A stretch of DNA of 64,000 nt, from contig JBPCLP010000033.1 of assembly GCA_051003195.1 (NCBI GenBank), positions 1 through 64,000 on the forward strand. Direction: 5' to 3'. Origin of the DNA: Candidatus Sumerlaeaceae bacterium. GTDB lineage: Bacteria; Sumerlaeota; Sumerlaeia; Sumerlaeales; Sumerlaeaceae. Numbering within the stretch: position 1 is the stretch's first letter; each line of letters begins with the position of its first letter. Positions 60,660 through 64,000 of the stretch are shown here, one piece after another. The notes under the pieces are model-generated. The model was not told the origin of the DNA and did not search any database. It saw nothing but the letters and a program-made list of their open reading frames with translations. Both the position numbers and the translations under genes were made by a program.

Positions 60660-61771
60660 TTCGGTTTCTCCGCCCTTGAACCGGATTTTAACTTCTCAAG
60701 GTGCTCTTCGTATTCGATTGCGTTCAGGGGCAATTCGATCGTGCGGCCTTGCATGGAGGAAAGCAGGAAAGTGTTGGCAAGCTCCACAGAATGGATGCCT
60801 TCCCTGGCAGGGGCGATCAATGGCGCACCAGTCAGGATCGCGTCGACAAAATTTTGCAGAATGCCCACGTGCTTCGCCCCGGCGCCTGGTATCGCCAGCG
60901 GGATCTTAACGTCCCATGCGGGCGGTGGCGCGAATCCAAGCTTGGACTTCCGACAAAACTCCGACACCGGCACTTCGGTCCGCGCGAATTGCAGTTCACC
61001 GTTTTCGTAAAGCAGCCGGCCGCGATCACACGCGATCTCCAGCCTGTTTGAACCCGGCGATTCCCCCGTCGATGTAATAAACACTGCCGTCCGGCCGTCC
61101 GGGTACTCCATATACGCCGTAACATCGTCCTCTACCTCGATACTATGATAACGGCCCAGGGTGCAATGCGCGCGCACTCGCGCGGGCATGCCAAACATCC
61201 ACTGGAACAAATCGAGCTGATGCGGGCATTGATTTAATAGCACGCCGCCGCCTTCACCCGCCCACGTCGCGCGCCATGTACCCGACGCATAATAGGCATC
61301 GCTTCGGAACCATTGGGTGGCGATCCAGTTGACCCGTTTAATGGATCCGAGTTCTCCCGAAATAATCAAACTGCGGATTTTAGTAAATTCCGGATCCGTG
61401 CGAAGCTGGAACATCGCACCGAAAACCTGCTGCGGATTTTTGTGCGCGGCTATCAGGCGTTCACAATCTGCTTTGTGCACGCTGATCGGTTTCTCCATCA
61501 TCACGTGAAGACCGTGCTGCAGCGCGTCGATACCAATGGAAGTGTGGCTGTAATGCGGCGTCGCAATCACAACCGCGTCGACTTCACCTGAGCGTATCAG
61601 TTCGGCGCTGCTCTCGTACCCCGGGATTCCGTGCAACGATTTCAACCGCTCGGGGCTTGGGTCACACACTGCTGCCAGCTCTGCTCCGGGCACGTTGCCA
61701 TCGCGCAGCCAGTTCGCGTGCGCGCTGCCCATCGCGCCGATGCCGATTACTCCTATGCGTACTTTGTCCAT
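60656..61771 (-). CDS. Gfo/Idh/MocA oxidoreductase
   Basis: GVIGIGAMG, ATPHYSH, EKP, EGGGVLLNQCPHQLD. Confidence 0.92.
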   Translation of the reverse strand: MDKVRIGVIGIGAMGSAHANWLRDGNVPGAELAAVCDPSPERLKSLHGIPGYESSAELIRSGEVDAVVIATPHYSHTSIGIDALQHGLHVMMEKPISVHKADCERLIAAHKNPQQVFGAMFQLRTDPEFTKIRSLIISGELGSIKRVNWIATQWFRSDAYYASGTWRATWAGEGGGVLLNQCPHQLDLFQWMFGMPARVRAHCTLGRYHSIEVEDDVTAYMEYPDGRTAVFITSTGESPGSNRLEIACDRGRLLYENGELQFARTEVPVSEFCRKSKLGFAPPPAWDVKIPLAIPGAGAKHVGILQNFVDAILTGAPLIAPAREGIHSVELANTFLLSSMQGRTIELPLNAIEYEEHLEKLKSGSRAEKPK

Positions 61772-61856
61772 GCTTTGGCCGTTACCTGCTGGAGAGTCAA
61801 ATCTGTGCTCCTGCGATGCGAAAAGAGCTGCGCAACTGTGTTACGCAAGCAAACTA

Positions 61857-61942
61857 GTGTGCCGAATCAGTACCAGACCAAAGGGCAGACCTGACCTCGA
61901 TTCGGCACACAGAACAGCTTTTGAACTAACGGCAGAACACAC
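61857..61942. repeat. Miniature inverted-repeat element, copy 7
   Basis: TA-GTGTGCCGAATCAG...GATTCGGCACACAGAAC...GAACACAC-TA. Confidence 0.88.
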
Positions 61943-62059
61943 TAACGGGAAGAATGCCCCATCGTTTGAGCAAAACTAAACCTTGCGTAACCTGCGCATG
62001 CGCGCAGCGTACGCCTGCCCTCATTCTATAGTGTACGTCCAGAGGAGTTCCAGCACCTG

Positions 62060-62725
62060 ATGCAAACATTAGTGGCACCTGATTGCCCGGCCTGCAATGC
62101 TGTGGGCACCATTCGCGGCGGCCGCTGTACAGCTTGTGGTGCGTCAGTTGCGCGCCCGGGCACGGCACCTGCCACCGAGACGAGCAGTGGTTATCTGCCG
62201 CGCATACAATTGGACGAAGACTTTGACCCCATTCCCGTCACCGCCCACCTTGGGCCTTCCTTAGATGCGATACATACGGACGCACACCACCGTCCCGCCG
62301 CGATCCAGAAAGCCATCCTGGCCATACTGCTCACGGCATTAATCGGGGTTGCGGTTTTACAGATCCTGAAATGGCAGTCTCCACCCGCATCGGCATTTGT
62401 GCAGAGCTTCCAGGAGAAAACGTTCCAGGCGCATATACTCAACGGCGAACCGGAACAGACGTGGGTGGCCTACTTTTGGTCGCCGCAGTATTCCCGGTGC
62501 CGTGAATTCATCCCCGTGTTTAACGCCGCAGCGGAAAAGCTGCAGGACACAGCAAGCTTCGCTCGCGTGCGCCTCGAACAGGCGCCGGAAGTTGCCAAAA
62601 AGTTTGATGTTACCTTCGTGCCCGCGCTCCTTGTGTTTCGCGGCGGAGAAGTGATCGCGCGCACCCAGGGTTATTTGAACGACCAGGAATTGATCGACTG
62701 GTTAAAGGTGAATCTTATCCCGTAA
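62060..62725 (+). CDS. Zinc-ribbon, TM, thioredoxin-fold protein with atypical active site
   Basis: CPAC...CTAC; TM helix; YFWSPQYSRC; FDVTFVPALLVFRGGE. Confidence 0.8.
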   Translation: MQTLVAPDCPACNAVGTIRGGRCTACGASVARPGTAPATETSSGYLPRIQLDEDFDPIPVTAHLGPSLDAIHTDAHHRPAAIQKAILAILLTALIGVAVLQILKWQSPPASAFVQSFQEKTFQAHILNGEPEQTWVAYFWSPQYSRCREFIPVFNAAAEKLQDTASFARVRLEQAPEVAKKFDVTFVPALLVFRGGEVIARTQGYLNDQELIDWLKVNLIP

Positions 62726-63193
62726 GCCTGTCAATCTCACGTCTCCTTTGAGCATGTATCATAATCGAAGCATAATGCGCTTGGTACCGAACTGCTGAGA
62801 TGTGGAAAAAAAGCACCTGTTCGTCCGGTTTGTTTAGGAAATTCAGACCACCGCCCAGGCATTGACCGGTTGGAAGAGCATCGGCTAAGACAACACATCG
62901 CTGACAACGTTTGACTTAGAAGTCGATCAGCCTGCCGCTTTTAATTCTCTACCGGCGCTTACCCTTTCCGCATTCTTATGCTACCTTTTTGTGCATTTTT
63001 ACTTGATTTCCCTTTTCAGCCCCCGTACGCCATCAGAGCAATTGCGAAGACCATACGTGTCTTGCGCGGCAAATTTAGGCTCTCTGAGCCCAATGTGTTC
63101 GTAGTCGGAAACTCGACGCTGGCCTTGGGTTTTGTTGGGCAAGGAGAAGCTCAATTGGTTAACATTTTATCTCTTTCTGAGGAGAGTACGGGC

Positions 63194-64000
63194 ATGGGAA
63201 CACCCACCACTTGCGAGTCGAGAGGCTCGCGTTTTGCATTTTCTGGACTGCTGCCGGGAAGGCGCGGGCTCCTTCGCAACCTGGCGCTGAGTGCAGTCAT
63301 GGCACTCGCCGCAATCGCAACCGCTGGCGGCCCACTGTCGCCCGTACTGACATACACCACCTCTACAGTCAGCGGCGGTAACGGCAATGGCGTCATTGAC
63401 GCAAACGAATGTAACGCATTAAATATTACCATAACGAACGTCGGGGCCGGCCCCGCAACGGGCGCGCCCATTACCGCGACGCTTTCTACCAGCACCCCCG
63501 GCGTGACCATCATGTCGGCCAACAGCACCTACGGAGTCCTCATACCAGTCGGTGGACAGGCCACAAACGACACCCCGTTTTATATCAGCACGGACTCCAG
63601 CTTCGTTTGCGGCACGACCATCGTAATGACGCTGCAAGTGAACACCCTCGAAGGAATCTTTTTCATTCCGGTCAGCATAGCCACCGGCGTCCAGACGGCG
63701 GTCTTCGGCCAGTGCGTGTCACCGTCTACAATTGGTGTACCTGACAAGGGTACAGACTTTGAGCAGGTGATGATCAGCGGAATTACAGTGCCTGTCAGCG
63801 ACCTGGATGTCTCGCTTGTCATGCAAAAGGGTGGCCAGTCGCAGCAGAATCTTCAGGAGATGCTGATTCAGATCGGCAACCCCGGCGGCACCACCGTAAC
63901 CTTGTATGATTTCCCGTCGACTGCGCCTGCGGTTAATGCCTCTTACCTTGGCGGCGGATTTAACAATGAGGGATCGCCTGGCAGCCCAGCGATTTTTGAC
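63194..64000 (+). CDS. Large secreted protein with proprotein-convertase P-like domain (partial, runs off the window)
   Basis: GAGGAG RBS, ATG 63194, frame open to the end; signal-like segment, GNGNGVIDANEC...ATLSTSTPGVT, VPDKG...VSDLDVSL...NPGGTTVTL. Not in the ORF track. Confidence 0.75.
   Translation, partial: MGTPTTCESRGSRFAFSGLLPGRRGLLRNLALSAVMALAAIATAGGPLSPVLTYTTSTVSGGNGNGVIDANECNALNITITNVGAGPATGAPITATLSTSTPGVTIMSANSTYGVLIPVGGQATNDTPFYISTDSSFVCGTTIVMTLQVNTLEGIFFIPVSIATGVQTAVFGQCVSPSTIGVPDKGTDFEQVMISGITVPVSDLDVSLVMQKGGQSQQNLQEMLIQIGNPGGTTVTLYDFPSTAPAVNASYLGGGFNNEGSPGSPAIFD

Noticed and set aside
62726..63193. Riboswitch in the long leader of the secreted protein
   Set aside because: No known aptamer consensus recognised by eye; an Rfam search is needed.

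Overview
Bacterial chromosomal window, moderately GC-rich and probably diderm (taxon not established). 1-3.9 kb is an accessory island: the left end of an IS3-family element, an ORF6N gene with three internal palindromes, a frameshifted and truncated DNA-methyltransferase fragment, and EF-hand, GNAT and lipoprotein genes. The rest is mostly housekeeping or envelope genes (grpE, nnr, ldcA, polyprenyl synthase, cobO, recJ, trpA, rlpA, icd, secG, ychF, lepB, Lrp/aminotransferase), carbohydrate genes (GH109, an (alpha/alpha)6 GH, a clan-A-like GH, MFS, sugar isomerase plus rhaT) and three GT-C glycosyltransferases. Most notable: (i) a cluster after secG with a small DUF2997-like protein, a catalytically dead signal-peptidase-I paralogue and a 1619-aa receptor-like Ser/Thr kinase (exported FG-GAP propeller, TM, TPR array, C-terminal kinase); (ii) an XRE-NfeD-flotillin-PspA operon with a perfect operator palindrome over its -10 box; (iii) seven copies of a 86-94 bp GTGTG...CACAC miniature element, flanked by TA in the best copies, that abuts or completes the stop codon of four genes; (iv) further pseudo-enzymes (ChpT-like degenerate histidine kinase, YxxC thioredoxin). 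No tRNA, rRNA or CRISPR array was seen. All calls come from motif recognition by eye, with no database searches.
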